This document shows positions 38,230 to 50,645 of a stretch of DNA of 64,000 nt, in pieces. Numbering within the stretch: position 1 is the stretch's first letter; the number at the start of each line of letters is the position of its first letter. The translations under genes were made by a program, and so were the position numbers. The DNA is taken from positions 62,001-126,000 of the forward strand of contig DHPR01000033.1 of the NCBI GenBank assembly GCA_002410925.1, given 5' to 3'. Below the pieces are notes generated by a model. The model worked only from the letters and a program-made list of their open reading frames with translations, made no database searches and had not been told where the DNA came from. Source of the stretch: a bacterium UBP13_UBA5359 (lineage in GTDB: Bacteria; UBP13; UBA5359).

Positions 38230-39396
38230 GTGGATACAAAGCCTTCAAAAAAGCCGTTCTGCGGGGTATCAAGGATCACGCTTCTTCTGATACTGGCTCT
38301 CTTTCTTCTGCTTTTGATTATTACCTTCTTTCTTCTTAAAGCCCGGAAAGATGATACCGTTCTGGTCTCCGTAAAGCGCCAGGATATAGTTCAAAGAGTC
38401 TCCGCCACAGGAGAGGTAGCCTTGCAAACCGATGCGATGGTAAATATAGGTGCGGAAGTGAGCGGCAAGCTAAAAAAACTCTATGTCGACGTCGGCAGTA
38501 CGGTCAAAGCCGGCCAACTGGTGGCAGTGATGGAAGTTCCGGAACAGCTCTCTCTGCTGCGGCAGGCCAGAGCATCGGCGGATGCTTCTGCCGGTCGCCT
38601 GAAAGAGGCAAAGGCGCTGGCGCAGCAGGCTCAGCGTGATGCTGCCCGAACGGAAGCACTTTACCGTCAGGGAGCTGTCAGCCGTGTCGATTCAGAGGCT
38701 GCGACCACGCGGTATCGTACTGCTTTAGCACAGGTGGATGCGGCCGCCGCCGCCTTGCAACAGGCTGAAGCCGAATATCAACGGCAGAGCACCAATCTGG
38801 CCAAGGCACGCATTTATTCTCCCATCAGCGGTACGGTTCTGACCGTCGATGCGCAGGAAGGAGAGATTATAACCGCCGGTTTTACTACCACTACCATTCT
38901 CACCGTGGCCGATCTTAAGCGTATTCAGCTGGATGTTCCTGTTGACGAGACGGATATTGCCAGAATAAGGAGAGGACAGAGCGTAGAGATAAATGTTGAT
39001 GCCATTAAAGACCGTACTTTCTCCGGCCGGGTGATCAAGGTGTCCTCCGGCGCTACCCTGCAGCAGAATGTGGTCAGTTATAATGTCGTTGTGGCCTTCA
39101 ACGGCCAACCGCAGGGGCTTAAGCCGCAGATGACGGCTACAGTAATTATTGATACCGGTGTGGTTCAAGATGCGCTGGTGGTGCCTTTTGAAGCGGTTAG
39201 ATCAACCAACGAGGGGGAGGCTGTCTATTTGCCTGCTTCGCAGGGGGAACCCTTTGTGGCGCGTTCGGTTCAGACCGGCGCCTCGGATGAAAAGATGGTT
39301 CAGATATTATCCGGCTTAAAATACGGGCAGAAGGTGGTTCTCTCTTCTTCGCGCCTCGATAAACAGCTTGAACAGGAAGCCGGTGCCGGGCAATGA
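38230..39396 (+). CDS. MacA-like periplasmic adaptor (membrane fusion protein)
   Basis: N-terminal [18 protein letters not shown], coiled hairpin, [22 protein letters not shown]; start uncertain (ORF open from 38158). Confidence 0.92.
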   Translation: MDTKPSKKPFCGVSRITLLLILALFLLLLIITFFLLKARKDDTVLVSVKRQDIVQRVSATGEVALQTDAMVNIGAEVSGKLKKLYVDVGSTVKAGQLVAVMEVPEQLSLLRQARASADASAGRLKEAKALAQQAQRDAARTEALYRQGAVSRVDSEAATTRYRTALAQVDAAAAALQQAEAEYQRQSTNLAKARIYSPISGTVLTVDAQEGEIITAGFTTTTILTVADLKRIQLDVPVDETDIARIRRGQSVEINVDAIKDRTFSGRVIKVSSGATLQQNVVSYNVVVAFNGQPQGLKPQMTATVIIDTGVVQDALVVPFEAVRSTNEGEAVYLPASQGEPFVARSVQTGASDEKMVQILSGLKYGQKVVLSSSRLDKQLEQEAGAGQ

Positions 39397-40124
39397 CGGA
39401 GGAGATAATCCGTACTGTAAAAGTGAGCAAATGCTATCTCTTCGGCAGCACCGAGGTGCATGCTCTGGTAGATGTTGATTTTACCGTAAAAAAAGGTGAT
39501 TTCGTGGCTATAATGGGTCCATCCGGCAGTGGCAAATCGACGCTGATGCATATCTTAGGCTGCCTTGACAGGCCTTCTAAGGGAGAGTATTACCTGGAAG
39601 GTACTCCTGTTAGCCAGCTCAGCGATCATGAATTGGCAACTATACGAGCTACAAAGATAGGCTTTGTTTTTCAGGCTTTCAACCTTCTGCCCAGGACCAC
39701 GGCTCTGGATAATGTTATCCTGCCTTTGCTTTACGGCCGCCAACGTCCGGACAAAAAGCCTGCGGAGGAAGCGCTCAAGCGTGTCGGTCTTGGCGACAGG
39801 ATGTATCATAAGCCGGGAGAGCTTTCCGGAGGACAGCAACAGCGCGTGGCCATTGCCAGAGCTTTAGTGACTAATCCGGCCATTATTCTGGCTGATGAGC
39901 CGACAGGGAATCTGGCCACGCTCCAGAGTGAAGAGATAATGCAACTCTTTCAGAAATTGAACGATGAAGGTATAACGATTGTTCTGGTGACACATGAAGC
40001 CGAAATAGGGGCGCATGCCAAAAGAATAGTACGCTTTCTCGATGGTAGAATTCTTTCCGATACACCGGTTGAACAGCGTGTATTTGCTACGGATTTACTC
40101 GCCCAAGAGGAGGCGATAACTTGA
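39393..40124 (+). CDS. MacB/LolD-type ABC ATP-binding protein
   Basis: [47 protein letters not shown]. Confidence 0.96.
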   Translation: MTEEIIRTVKVSKCYLFGSTEVHALVDVDFTVKKGDFVAIMGPSGSGKSTLMHILGCLDRPSKGEYYLEGTPVSQLSDHELATIRATKIGFVFQAFNLLPRTTALDNVILPLLYGRQRPDKKPAEEALKRVGLGDRMYHKPGELSGGQQQRVAIARALVTNPAIILADEPTGNLATLQSEEIMQLFQKLNDEGITIVLVTHEAEIGAHAKRIVRFLDGRILSDTPVEQRVFATDLLAQEEAIT

Positions 40125-41362
40125 ACCTCTGGTATGGCTTCGGTATAGCTCTTCATGCTCTGGCCGTTAACAAGGGACGTACGGCATTGACAACCCTGGG
40201 CGTTATTATCGGTGTGGCTGCCGTTATCGCCATGGTAGGATTGGGGCAGGGCTTTGGCAACGCTATTACCAGTGAGATCAATGCCTCCGGCGCCAACTGG
40301 ATTTATATTATGCCCGGACGTGAGGCGTTCGGGCCGGCAGCTCTATTGAGCCGAGGCAGGCTGACACTCGCCGACGGCGAAGCTATTCAGCGACGTTTCC
40401 CTGATACGGTACGAAAGGTAGTTCCGGTGGTTATGGGCCAGGCTACCGTGAAATATGGGAACAAATCTACCCTGGTGAACTTTGCCGGCGGCACTCCCGA
40501 TTATCTAAGATTAGAGAATTTTTCTCTTAAATCCGGCAGTATCTTTCGACAGGCGGACATAGATGGTCGGGTCAAGGCGGCTGTGGTGGGAACTACGGTA
40601 ATCAAGGAACTGACCGGCAGCCCAACCACAAACCTTATTGGAAAGACTATTCTTATAAACAGGCAGGCCTTTACGGTAAGAGGCCTTTTACGAACCAAGG
40701 GCATCAGCTTTGGCTATGACCCTGATAATCTAGTGATAATGCCTTATACTACCGCCATGCGCCGGATGATGAACACCGATAATTTAACATACCTGGCTGT
40801 ACAGGCGGTGGATGAAGCATCGGTTCCCAGGGTGGAGGATGAAGTCCGGCGGACCCTGCGGCGCCTGCACAGCATTCGCCCGCCATATGATGAGAATGAT
40901 GATTTCAGCATTATGACACAGGAGGGAGCCAGGGCTATGGTAAGCAATGTCACCAGGATCATCAGCTTGTTGCTTGCCAGCATCGCCGCTATCTCCCTCT
41001 TGGTGGGGAGTATCGGCATTATGAATATAATGCTTGTATCCGTTACCGAGCGCACTCGTGAAATCGGTTTGCGTAAGGCTGTCGGCGCTTCTACCAACAA
41101 TATTCTGGTACAATTTCTGATCGAGGCTGTGGTTATATCGGTATTGGGAGGAGTGATAGGTATTATTATCGGCCTCTTGGGCACCTGGGGTATCGCCTGG
41201 ATAATAAACACTTATACCAGTGTAAAAGTAATTTATGTTATAAACCCAATCGCCATAGTATTGGCCTTTGGTGTTTCCGCCATCATTGGAATACTGGCAG
41301 GGTTTTACCCTGCCCTGCGGGCTGCACGCATGGATCCGATAATAGCGCTCAGATATGAGTAG
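40121..41362 (+). CDS. MacB/FtsX-type ABC permease
   Basis: [14 protein letters not shown], large extracytoplasmic domain, [42 protein letters not shown]. Confidence 0.96.
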   Translation: MNLWYGFGIALHALAVNKGRTALTTLGVIIGVAAVIAMVGLGQGFGNAITSEINASGANWIYIMPGREAFGPAALLSRGRLTLADGEAIQRRFPDTVRKVVPVVMGQATVKYGNKSTLVNFAGGTPDYLRLENFSLKSGSIFRQADIDGRVKAAVVGTTVIKELTGSPTTNLIGKTILINRQAFTVRGLLRTKGISFGYDPDNLVIMPYTTAMRRMMNTDNLTYLAVQAVDEASVPRVEDEVRRTLRRLHSIRPPYDENDDFSIMTQEGARAMVSNVTRIISLLLASIAAISLLVGSIGIMNIMLVSVTERTREIGLRKAVGASTNNILVQFLIEAVVISVLGGVIGIIIGLLGTWGIAWIINTYTSVKVIYVINPIAIVLAFGVSAIIGILAGFYPALRAARMDPIIALRYE

Positions 41363-41423
41363 ATGCAGCTATTTATATATTGTCATGCTCGCAGCATAAA
41401 TTACCATAGAAAGAGAGAAAACT

Positions 41424-42212
41424 GTGATGAAGGAAAAGGAGAGTGTGGAAATCATCGCTGCCAATCTCTTGCAGGCAGGACTTCGCCCGGGAGGAATCTT
41501 GCTGCTGCATTCCTCGTTATCCTCAATGGGCTTTGTTCCCGGCGGCCCGGAAACGGTAATTCAAGCTTTCCTAAGGGCGCTCGGTCCTGACGGGACATTA
41601 CTGATGCCGGCTCTAAGTTTTCGTCTGAGTCGCTTATACGATGATAATGAGGAGCCGCCTCTTTTCGATGTCTTGAATACCCCTTGTTCCGTCGGCAAGA
41701 TCCCCGATTATTTTCGCACCCGCCCCGGCACCGTTCGCAGCCTGAGCCCTACGCATTCCGTCTGCGGCTTCGGTCCTCTGGCGAAGCAAATGCTTTCCGG
41801 GCACGATCTGGATAACACTCCCTGCGGCGAACATTCTCCTTATATGGCGCTGCGAAGGGCGAGCGGACAGATCGTTTTTTTAGGGTGCAGCTTGAAATCG
41901 AATACCTCCATGCATGCTGTGGAGGAGGCGGCCGAAGCACCCTATCTCTTCGATATTCCGGTACCGTATAGAGTTATTCTTCCTGATGGAAGCGAACGGC
42001 GGATGGAGGTCTGGAGACATGGCTTCACCCTTCGTCACTTGAATCAACGCTATGATAAGCTGGAGCCATTTTTATTGGAAAAGGGTGGATTGACCAGCGG
42101 GTACGTCATGCAGGCAAAAACTCATATTGTAGAGGCTGCTTTGATGTGGGAAGTCGCTCTGCAGATTATGGCGAAAGACCCCTTTTACTTTGTGGAGAGA
42201 CATTCCACTTAA
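41424..42212 (+). CDS. AAC(3)/YokD-family (Antibiotic_NAT) N-acetyltransferase
   Basis: LLHSSLSSMGFVPGG, GTLLMP, RSLSPTHS, FLG, NTSMH..E. Confidence 0.9.
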   Translation: MMKEKESVEIIAANLLQAGLRPGGILLLHSSLSSMGFVPGGPETVIQAFLRALGPDGTLLMPALSFRLSRLYDDNEEPPLFDVLNTPCSVGKIPDYFRTRPGTVRSLSPTHSVCGFGPLAKQMLSGHDLDNTPCGEHSPYMALRRASGQIVFLGCSLKSNTSMHAVEEAAEAPYLFDIPVPYRVILPDGSERRMEVWRHGFTLRHLNQRYDKLEPFLLEKGGLTSGYVMQAKTHIVEAALMWEVALQIMAKDPFYFVERHST

Positions 42213-42257
42213 AGCGTTGGCCCCTATCAGTTGTCTGCAACCCGTCCCTGTTTTATC

Positions 42258-42286
42258 TTGAAAACCCTGCTTCATTATGTTATATT
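42258..42286 (+). promoter_or_regulatory. Sigma70-type promoter of the 6S RNA
   Basis: TTGAAA-17 bp-TATATT with TG extended -10, about 7 bp before the RNA 5' end. Confidence 0.75.
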
Positions 42287-42293
42287 TAGAGCA

Positions 42294-42477
42294 GAAAAGC
42301 TGCCCTGCGGCGTTCGTTAAATCTGAAAATTTTGAGCCAACACATATACGTCGGGAGTTCGAATTCGCATATGGCATGGCAGCCCCTTTACCGGGGAATC
42401 ACAAAGTATGCGGTAGAACGCCCACCTGCTAGGCAGGGTTCAAAATTTTTAGGATAGACGGCGCGGTGGGGCTTTTT
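42294..42477 (+). ncRNA. ssrS: 6S RNA
   Basis: ~184-nt rod: AAAAGC/GCTTTT closing stem, GCGTTCGTT/GACGGCGC, CTGAAAATTTTGAGCC/GGTTCAAAATTTTTAG, central bubble (AACACATATAC opposite a CCTGC/GCAGG hairpin), GGGAGTTC/GAACGCCC; directly upstream of rarA. Confidence 0.9.
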
Positions 42478-42496
42478 CCTGCTTAGGAGAGGTTCG

Positions 42497-43756
42497 ATGG
42501 ACGATAGAATGCTGCCGCTGTCCACCAGGATGCGCCCCGCCCGCCTGGATGATTTCGTTGGGCAGGAGCATTTGATTGCTCCTGGCAGGGTACTGCGTAA
42601 AGCCATCGAAAGCGGTCGCCCGGGGTCAATGGTACTTTGGGGCCCGCCTGGATGCGGAAAAACTACATTATCTCGTTTGATCGCCGCTTATACTGGCGCT
42701 GATTTTCAAGAGTTCAGCGCTGTTACATCGGGCATTCCCGATTTGCGTAAAATCATAGCTGTTGCTGATAAAAGGCTGAGTGAGAGCGGCGTACAAACTA
42801 TACTCTTTGTCGATGAAATACATCGCTTTAACAAAGCGCAGCAGGATGCCTTTTTGCCCTATGTAGAGAGCGGCACTATTATTCTTGTAGGCGCCACTAC
42901 TGAGAATCCACGTTTTTCGCTCAATCCGCCTTTGCTCTCTCGATCTCGTGTTTATAAGCTGAAACCGCTCAGCGTCGAAAATATTATTGATTTGGTCCGT
43001 CGTGCATTTGAGCATGATGATCTTCTGATGTCATCTGAACTGGCTATCGATGATGAAGCTTTGCATTATCTGGCGGATAAAGCATCAGGCGATGGCCGTC
43101 TGGCTCTGGATACCTTGGAGATGGCCGTCAACTCTATCGATAAAGGGGAGAAGAAGCCCTCTGTCATACAGCTGCCATTAATTGAAGAGGTTCTGCAGCA
43201 AAGATCCTTGCGTTACGGAATTGATGATCATTATGATATTATTTCGGCTTATATAAAGAGCCTGCGCGGCTCCGATCCCGATGCAGCACTTTATTGGCTG
43301 GCAAGAATGCTCTCTTCCGGTGAGGATCCGCGTTTTATCGCTAGGCGTCTTGTCATTCAAGCGGCTGAGGATGTGGGCTGTGCCGATCCCATGGCGCTGG
43401 TAGTGGCTACGGCTGCATCTCACGCTGTGGCGGATATCGGTTTGCCGGAGGCCGGGATTCCATTGGCAGAGGCTACGATATATGTTGCCTGCGCTCCTAA
43501 AAGCAATGCGGCTTATCTCTCTCTTAAAGCAGCAATGGAGGCTGTAGAGAAAATGCAACCCGGGGCTGTGCCGGAACATATCAAAGGCCATGCTCAGGGA
43601 TATCTTTACCCGCATGATTATCCGGAGCATTTTGTAAAGCAGCAGTATATGCCGGATAATCTCAAGGGTATGCGTTTCTATAACCCTGGGGAATTCGGCT
43701 ATGAGGGTAAATTATCCAAGCGTCTGGAAAGATGGAGAGAAGCTGAACGGGGATGA
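42497..43756 (+). CDS. rarA: Replication-associated recombination protein A (MgsA)
   Basis: RMRP..L.DFVGQEHL, WGPPGCGKTT, DEIHRFNKAQQD, GATTENP, KSLRGSDPDAA, PKSN, YLYPHD. Confidence 0.97.
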   Translation: MDDRMLPLSTRMRPARLDDFVGQEHLIAPGRVLRKAIESGRPGSMVLWGPPGCGKTTLSRLIAAYTGADFQEFSAVTSGIPDLRKIIAVADKRLSESGVQTILFVDEIHRFNKAQQDAFLPYVESGTIILVGATTENPRFSLNPPLLSRSRVYKLKPLSVENIIDLVRRAFEHDDLLMSSELAIDDEALHYLADKASGDGRLALDTLEMAVNSIDKGEKKPSVIQLPLIEEVLQQRSLRYGIDDHYDIISAYIKSLRGSDPDAALYWLARMLSSGEDPRFIARRLVIQAAEDVGCADPMALVVATAASHAVADIGLPEAGIPLAEATIYVACAPKSNAAYLSLKAAMEAVEKMQPGAVPEHIKGHAQGYLYPHDYPEHFVKQQYMPDNLKGMRFYNPGEFGYEGKLSKRLERWREAERG

Positions 43757-43960
43757 GCTGCCGGCAAAGGGTAGAGGCTTATATGGGCAGTGTGCATCGA
43801 ATGTTTAGCATCAAGATTGTTCTGTCGGGGCTATTATGATATTATAACCGTGATCTTCGGCCTGAAAGGCCGAGGAACATTTGAATTTAATGTTTATGGT
43901 TTAGGTTTGAAGCTTTATTAAGTATTCAAGTTTCTCTTTGAAGATATTAAAAGATAAGCT

Positions 43961-46498
43961 TTGAATCCGGAACCGATTACGGATGTGTTTGCTATGAATG
44001 AGACCGTGAGCATTGCAGGAGATGAATTCACCTCCGAAATATTGAAAGCATCCGAAGAAGTGCCTTTGTTGCCACTTAAGGATACGGTAATATTTCCCAA
44101 CACCATTGTACCTCTTTATGTGGGGCGGGAAAAATCGTTAAAGGCAATAGAGCGCGCTGCCGCTGACGATAAGGTTTTACTTCTGGTAACTCAGCGCGAG
44201 CAGATGGATGATGAACCCGTTCCTGGCGAACTCTATGATATAGGTACCAGAGCCAACATTGTACAACTGCTAAAGATGCCTGATGGAACGGCTAAGCTGC
44301 TGGTTGAGGGCACCAGCCGGGTACGCGTGATAGAGGTTAAGGATAATGGGCAGCATTTAACGGCAGCTTTCGAGAATATCGAGGATATGGATAATGAGCC
44401 CTCTCTGGAACTGGAGGCCTTGCAGCGTAGCGTTCTTCAGCTTTTTGAAAGAGTCGTCAATTTACATAAAAATCTGCCCAATGAGGCTTATGTAGCGGCT
44501 TTGAATATCAAGGAGCCGGAGCGCCTAGGAGATATGATTGCTACGCATCTATCTCTGCCTGTAGAAGAGCAGCAAGAACTTTTGGAGGAGTTATCGCTCA
44601 GACTTCGCCTGCGCAGGCTCTGCCTGCTGCTGGAGAAGGAATTGGAGATTCTGGAACTGGAGAACAGGATCCAAAGTGAAGTTCGTGCGCAATTGGAAAA
44701 ATTGCAACGCGAGATGTACCTGCGAGAGCAAATAAAGGTTATTCAGCGCGAGTTGAATGGTGACGAAGATGGCGAGCAGGGTGAGCTTGAACGGCTTGCA
44801 GCACAAGTTGAGAGTACAGAGCTTCCGGAAGAGGTCAGGGCAAAGATTCAGCGCGAGCTTGATCGCTTGAAGAGGATGCCGCCTATATCTCCTGAAGCGC
44901 CTATGCTCAGAAATTATATTGATTGGATGCTTGATTTGCCCTGGGGTAAGCCGATTAATAAAAAAATCACCCTGGCTAAGGCGGAGCGTATTCTTGAGAA
45001 GAGCCATTATGGCCTGGCTAAGGCTAAGGAGCGTATTCTTGAGTATTTGGCCGTTTACAAGCTGACCGGTAATCTAAGAGGCCCCATTCTCTGCTTTGTA
45101 GGTCCTCCTGGAACGGGCAAAACATCCATCGGCAAATCTATAGCCGAATCACTGGGACGTGAATTTGTTCGTATCTCATTGGGAGGCATGAAGGATGAGG
45201 CTGAAATCCGAGGACACAGGCGCACTTATATCGGCGCCATGCCCGGGCGGATTATCCAGGCTATGCGTCAGGCCGGCACCAGGAATCCTGTCTTCATGAT
45301 GGATGAGATCGATAAAATCGGCATGGACTTTAGAGGCGACCCCGCTTCAGCCTTACTGGAGGTCCTTGATCCGGAGCAGAATAACTCCTTCAGCGATAAC
45401 TATATCGAAGTGCCGTATGATCTCTCTGAGGTTATGTTTGTTACTACAGCCAATACGCTGGAGACGGTGCCGCCCGCTCTCAAAGACAGGATGGAGATCA
45501 TTCTCTTTAATTCCTATACCGATGAGGAAAAGCTTCGCGTTGCCAGAGAGTTTTTGATACCGAGACAGATCACTGCGAACGGCCTTAAGCCATCGAATAT
45601 TGAAATATCCGATGGCGCTCTGCTCAAAATCATCAGAGAGTACGCCAGGGAATCCGGTGTCAGAAATTTGGAGAGAGAGATAGGCGCTCTTTGCCGAAAA
45701 TCAGCCAGAAAGATCGCCGACGGAGGCAGACGCAGGAAAATAAGAATAACAACCGGCTCGATACCGACATATCTGGGGCAACCCGCTTATTCTCTTACGG
45801 CACCCGAGGGCGATGATCTGGTGGGTGTGGCCAACGGGCTGGCTTGGACAGAAGTTGGCGGAGAAACGCTGAATATTGAAGCATCCGTTATTGCAGGTAA
45901 AGGAAATGTCCTGCTGACAGGACAGCTGGGCGATGTTATGCGAGAATCCGCACAGGCAGCATTAACTTATGTGCGCAGCCGTGCCGATGAACTGAAGCTG
46001 GAATATGACCTGGGCGAAGAGAGCGATATTCATATACATGTGCCGGCAGGCGCTGTGCCCAAGGATGGCCCTTCCGCGGGCGTCACTCTGGCTACAGCTA
46101 TAGCGTCGGCAGCTACCGGCATCCCGGTCAGAGGAGATCTGGCTATGACCGGAGAGGTTACTTTGCGAGGGCGTGTATTGCAGGTGGCGGGAATCAAGGA
46201 AAAGGTGCTGGCCGCATATCGTGACGGTTTAACAGCCATTGTTCTGCCGGCTGAGAATGTAGGCGACCTGGAGGAGATACCGGCCTCAATCAGGCGAAAG
46301 ATCTCTTTTATTCCTGTCAGGCATATGGATGATGTTTTGAAAGCGGCCTTGGTCAAAGGAGAGGGACGAAAGAGAAAAGCCATGGTTGCCCCAACTCTGC
46401 CCGGCAAGCAGGCAGCTAAGGCTGTCGGTAATAACGGCAGTATGATTGAAGGTAATATAAAGACTGATGCAGGAACGGTTCATGAATCGCCCCTGTGA
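43961..46498 (+). CDS. lon: ATP-dependent protease La
   Basis: LON N-domain, [53 protein letters not shown]; start may be ATG 43994. Confidence 0.98.
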   Translation: MNPEPITDVFAMNETVSIAGDEFTSEILKASEEVPLLPLKDTVIFPNTIVPLYVGREKSLKAIERAAADDKVLLLVTQREQMDDEPVPGELYDIGTRANIVQLLKMPDGTAKLLVEGTSRVRVIEVKDNGQHLTAAFENIEDMDNEPSLELEALQRSVLQLFERVVNLHKNLPNEAYVAALNIKEPERLGDMIATHLSLPVEEQQELLEELSLRLRLRRLCLLLEKELEILELENRIQSEVRAQLEKLQREMYLREQIKVIQRELNGDEDGEQGELERLAAQVESTELPEEVRAKIQRELDRLKRMPPISPEAPMLRNYIDWMLDLPWGKPINKKITLAKAERILEKSHYGLAKAKERILEYLAVYKLTGNLRGPILCFVGPPGTGKTSIGKSIAESLGREFVRISLGGMKDEAEIRGHRRTYIGAMPGRIIQAMRQAGTRNPVFMMDEIDKIGMDFRGDPASALLEVLDPEQNNSFSDNYIEVPYDLSEVMFVTTANTLETVPPALKDRMEIILFNSYTDEEKLRVAREFLIPRQITANGLKPSNIEISDGALLKIIREYARESGVRNLEREIGALCRKSARKIADGGRRRKIRITTGSIPTYLGQPAYSLTAPEGDDLVGVANGLAWTEVGGETLNIEASVIAGKGNVLLTGQLGDVMRESAQAALTYVRSRADELKLEYDLGEESDIHIHVPAGAVPKDGPSAGVTLATAIASAATGIPVRGDLAMTGEVTLRGRVLQVAGIKEKVLAAYRDGLTAIVLPAENVGDLEEIPASIRRKISFIPVRHMDDVLKAALVKGEGRKRKAMVAPTLPGKQAAKAVGNNGSMIEGNIKTDAGTVHESPL

Positions 46499-46575
46499 TT
46501 TTCAAACCCAAGAAGCGTATTTTTGTAACGTCCGCGGTTGGAAAGAGGAGCGGACGGCTGACCTGGAGGGCATGC

Positions 46576-49278
46576 ATGGAAACCCAGAAATCGGAATTGG
46601 ATAACAAACAACCGGCAACGCACACGGAGAAAGAATTTTCGGAAGAGATGTCCAGCTCTTATAATCCTTCTGAAGTTGAGCAGCGCTGGTCCTCATACTG
46701 GATAGATAAAGGCGTTTTTCACGCAGAGGTGGACCGTAAGAAGGAACCTTTCACCATTGTTATACCTCCGCCAAACATTACCGGATCCCTGCATATGGGA
46801 CATGCTTTAAATGATACCATACAGGATATATTGATTCGTTCTCAGCGCATGCGTGGCAAGGAAGCTCTCTGGTTGCCGGGCACAGATCATGCGGGGATAG
46901 CTACCCAAAACGTGGTGGAACGCAATCTGGCCGCAGAGGGGCTGAGAAAGGAAGATCTGGGGCGTGAAGCCTTTATTGAAAGAGTCTGGCAGTGGCGCAG
47001 GGAGTATGGAAATACCATTATCAACCAGTTGAAGCGGTTGGGAGCTTCATGCGATTGGCAACGCGAACGCTTCACTATGGACAAGGAATACTCTGCTGCA
47101 GTGCGTAAAGTCTTTGTTACACTCTATGAGAAGGGGTATATCTACCGCGGCAAGTATATTATTAACTGGTGTCCTCGTTGCATGACGGCCATCTCGGATA
47201 TCGAGGTGGAATATTCTGAGGAGATGGGCAATCTTTATTTCATTAAATACCCGGGTGTAAATGGCGATGATGTTATCGTCGCCACTACCCGCCCGGAAAC
47301 GATGCTTGGAGATACCGCCGTTGCGGTAAATCCTGAAGATAAACGCTATGCTTCTTTGGCAGGTCGCAAACTGACTCTGCCTTTGACAGGCCGTGAAATA
47401 CCGATTATTGCTGATACCTATGTCGATCCAGCCTTCGGTACCGGTGCTGTCAAGATTACCCCGGCTCATGACCCTAATGACTTTGAAGTCGGCCTTCGGC
47501 ACCGTTTGGAGCAGATAACCGTTATCGGCGATGATGCTCGCATGACGGAAGCTGCCGGTAAATACGCCGGCCTGGATAGATATGAAGCCAGAGAAGCGAT
47601 AGTCAAGGATCTGGAAGCCGCAGGGTTGCTAGTAAAAATTGAGCCTTATCAGCATTCCGTGGGGCATTGCTATCGTTGTGATACGGTTATAGAACCCTTG
47701 ATATCATTACAATGGTTCATGCGCATGAAGGAGCTGGCCGCACCTGCTATCCGGGCGGTTGTTGATGGACGGATACGTTTTGTGCCGGAAAGGTGGACTA
47801 AGGTTTACCTGGATTGGATGGAGCGCATCCGTGATTGGTGTATCTCTCGCCAGATATGGTGGGGACACCGGTTGCCGGTTTGGTATTGTAACGAATGCGG
47901 TAAGGTCATAATCAGTGAAGAAACTCCATCATCCTGCACCGAATGCAATGCCGTGACGCTATGCCGGGAAACTGATGTTTTGGATACCTGGTTCAGCTCA
48001 GCGCTATGGCCATTTGCTACCATGGGATGGCCGAAGCAAACACCGGAAGTGAATTATTTCTATCCCACTTCAGTTCTGGTAACAGGGCATGAAATCATCT
48101 ATTTTTGGGTATCACGTATGATTATGCAGGGGTTGGAGTTCATGGAAGAGATACCCTTCCACACGGTATATATTCATGGCATCGTTCGTGATGAATCCGG
48201 CAAAAAGATGAGCAAATCTTTGGGCAATGTTATAGACCCGCTGGAGATAATCGATCGCTACGGCACCGATGCCCTGCGCTTTGCCATGGTGGCTTTCTCT
48301 GCTACCGGCCAGGATATCTATCTTTCGGATGAAAAGTTTGAGACCTGCCGCAATTTTGCCAATAAGATATGGAATGCTTCACGCTTTGTAATGATGAATC
48401 TTACAGATTACTCCTCGACGGAAGAGGAGGTTACTGATCTCTCACTGGCAGACCGCTGGATTTTGAGCCGTTATAATACGTTGATAGGAGAGATTACCGA
48501 TTTATTGGATAGCTTGGATTTTTGTGAAGCCGGCAAGCGGCTCTACGAATTCATCTGGAGCGAATTCTGTGATTGGTATCTGGAAATGGTAAAGCCTCTT
48601 CTTTACAGCAAAGAGAAAGCAGCGCCTGCTCGCAGAGCGGCACAGCAGACGCTATGGCGGGTATTGGACGGTTGCATGCGTTTGTTGCATCCGTATATGC
48701 CGTACATAACCGAGGAAATATGGCAGAGGCTGAATCCCGGCAAAGAGGTGTCCGTGGCCATAAGCCCCTGGCCTGTCAGAAACGAATCCCGCATGGATCT
48801 CTCGCTGGAGAATGATGTTCAGGCTGTAATGGAGTTGATTCGCGCTATCCGTAATATGAGGGCTGAAGTCCGAGTGCCTCAGGGTACCCGAGTATCGATT
48901 ACCGTATCCGCGCCGGAGCGTGATCTGGATCTGGTCAAAGCGGCTCAAGATTACATAAGAACGTTGGCTAGAGTTTCGGAAATAAATATGCTGGATCATC
49001 TTCATGAAAAACCGACAAAGGCTATGAGCGCTGTAGTGAGCGATATCGAGGTATACCTGCCGCTGGAGGGGATTATTGATCTGGGCAAAGAGCAGGAACG
49101 CCTGTCCAAGGAGCTGGAAACTGTTCAGGTTGAGATTGCTAAAGCGGAGAAGAAACTATTGAATCAGGAATTCATTCAGAAGGCGCCTCAGGAAGTGGTG
49201 CAGCGCGAAAAGACCAAAAAGGCGGAATTGCAACAGCGCCGTATAAGATTGCAGCAACGCCTGGAAGATATCTCATGA
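46576..49278 (+). CDS. valS: Valine--tRNA ligase
   Basis: [46 protein letters not shown]-terminal coiled coil; SD GGAGG before ATG 46576. Confidence 0.98.
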   Translation: METQKSELDNKQPATHTEKEFSEEMSSSYNPSEVEQRWSSYWIDKGVFHAEVDRKKEPFTIVIPPPNITGSLHMGHALNDTIQDILIRSQRMRGKEALWLPGTDHAGIATQNVVERNLAAEGLRKEDLGREAFIERVWQWRREYGNTIINQLKRLGASCDWQRERFTMDKEYSAAVRKVFVTLYEKGYIYRGKYIINWCPRCMTAISDIEVEYSEEMGNLYFIKYPGVNGDDVIVATTRPETMLGDTAVAVNPEDKRYASLAGRKLTLPLTGREIPIIADTYVDPAFGTGAVKITPAHDPNDFEVGLRHRLEQITVIGDDARMTEAAGKYAGLDRYEAREAIVKDLEAAGLLVKIEPYQHSVGHCYRCDTVIEPLISLQWFMRMKELAAPAIRAVVDGRIRFVPERWTKVYLDWMERIRDWCISRQIWWGHRLPVWYCNECGKVIISEETPSSCTECNAVTLCRETDVLDTWFSSALWPFATMGWPKQTPEVNYFYPTSVLVTGHEIIYFWVSRMIMQGLEFMEEIPFHTVYIHGIVRDESGKKMSKSLGNVIDPLEIIDRYGTDALRFAMVAFSATGQDIYLSDEKFETCRNFANKIWNASRFVMMNLTDYSSTEEEVTDLSLADRWILSRYNTLIGEITDLLDSLDFCEAGKRLYEFIWSEFCDWYLEMVKPLLYSKEKAAPARRAAQQTLWRVLDGCMRLLHPYMPYITEEIWQRLNPGKEVSVAISPWPVRNESRMDLSLENDVQAVMELIRAIRNMRAEVRVPQGTRVSITVSAPERDLDLVKAAQDYIRTLARVSEINMLDHLHEKPTKAMSAVVSDIEVYLPLEGIIDLGKEQERLSKELETVQVEIAKAEKKLLNQEFIQKAPQEVVQREKTKKAELQQRRIRLQQRLEDIS

Positions 49279-50645
49279 GCCTCAGCCATAAGAGTATGGC
49301 CGATAGTCAAGCTGAAAAGAACTCGCAACCGGTAACTGCGCCCTGCAGGCAGAGTTACGAATATGTGCTATCCGTGCTCAATGAGAGCCATAATCGCAGG
49401 ATCAAGCCCGGTCTGTCACGAATCAGGACATTGTTAACGGCCGTAGGAAATCCGCATCATGATTTCCCTGCTATTCATATCGCCGGTACGAATGGTAAGG
49501 GATCGGTAGCCGCCATGTTATCTGCTATGCTGGCGGCCGGCGGCTTGAAAACAGGACTCTATACGTCACCGCATCTTGAAGATTACAGGGAGAGGATATG
49601 CCTGAACAGCAAACCGATTCCATGTGATCAGTTAATGGCTCTGTTCGAAGCACTTTCTGCCCCAGTCGATGATATGCCGTATGATGACAGACCCACCCCT
49701 TATGAATTGAGTACCGCTATAGCCTTTGCCTGGTTCAGCCGGCAGAAAGTGGATGTAGCGGTGGTGGAAACCGGTATGGGCGGCAGATGGGATGCCACCA
49801 ACGCGCTTGAAAATGTCCTGGTCTCCGTTATTACCAATGTATCTTACGATCATTGCCATTATCTGGGCAGTGATTTGACCTCCATAGCTGCCGAGAAGGC
49901 CGGTATCATCAAAAAGGGTGCGCCGGTTCTGACAGGGGCTTCCGAGCCTGCATATACGATCATAACCTCAGCCGCCAAGGCAGCAGGCAGCCGGGTTTAT
50001 GCCTGCGGGCGGGAGATAACCTGGGAGTGCGTATCCGCTGATGACGGTGCCGTTTTTATGAATATCTCCCTTGGCGGTAACCTTATTCCCGGCCTACCTA
50101 AGTCTCTTCGGGGCCATCATCAGGAGATGAACATGGCTCTGGCAGCAGCGGCCGCAAATCTTCTACCGGCGAGATACCGCCCGGATACGACTACGATGCG
50201 CACAGGATTATCCATGGTGGAATGGCCGGGGCGTTTGGAAATCTTTACCGGCACGCCCTCCTTTTTACTGGACGGTGCTCATAACCCTGACGGTATGAAG
50301 GCGCTTTGTAATTATCTGGATACTCTAACAGGCCGCTATCCGCATTTAGCCGCAGTGATAGGCATACTGGCAGATAAGGATGCATCCGCTATGCTGGCGC
50401 GGTTGTCGCAATCGGTTTCTAATCCGTATTTTGTTTCACCTGCCAGTGACAGGGCGCTCTCAGCAGAGAAGATGGCAGCCCTGTGGCCACGCTCCGGCGA
50501 GGCTACGGCCTGTAAAGATTTACCGGAAGCTATACGCCTGGCAACATCTACTGTTGGTGACAATGGTCTGATCTGCATAGCCGGTTCCCTTTATTTGATA
50601 GGGCAAGCTCGCACCTTGTTGAAAGGCGGCAAAAGATGCCTTTAG
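49275..50645 (+). CDS. folC: Folylpolyglutamate synthase/dihydrofolate synthase
   Basis: [50 protein letters not shown]. Confidence 0.96.
   Translation: MSLSHKSMADSQAEKNSQPVTAPCRQSYEYVLSVLNESHNRRIKPGLSRIRTLLTAVGNPHHDFPAIHIAGTNGKGSVAAMLSAMLAAGGLKTGLYTSPHLEDYRERICLNSKPIPCDQLMALFEALSAPVDDMPYDDRPTPYELSTAIAFAWFSRQKVDVAVVETGMGGRWDATNALENVLVSVITNVSYDHCHYLGSDLTSIAAEKAGIIKKGAPVLTGASEPAYTIITSAAKAAGSRVYACGREITWECVSADDGAVFMNISLGGNLIPGLPKSLRGHHQEMNMALAAAAANLLPARYRPDTTTMRTGLSMVEWPGRLEIFTGTPSFLLDGAHNPDGMKALCNYLDTLTGRYPHLAAVIGILADKDASAMLARLSQSVSNPYFVSPASDRALSAEKMAALWPRSGEATACKDLPEAIRLATSTVGDNGLICIAGSLYLIGQARTLLKGGKRCL

Noticed and set aside
42072..42606. - strand ORFs 42072-42377 and 42388-42606
   Set aside because: They overlap the 6S RNA and flanking genes; no coding signal
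43855..43875. GC-rich hairpin CTTCGGCC-TGAAA-GGCCGAGG upstream of lon as a riboswitch or thermometer
   Set aside because: A single short hairpin far from the start codon; more simply a terminator or 5' stabiliser
46499..46575. T-box leader upstream of valS (also looked for at hisS)
   Set aside because: The spacers are too short and no T-box consensus or terminator is present
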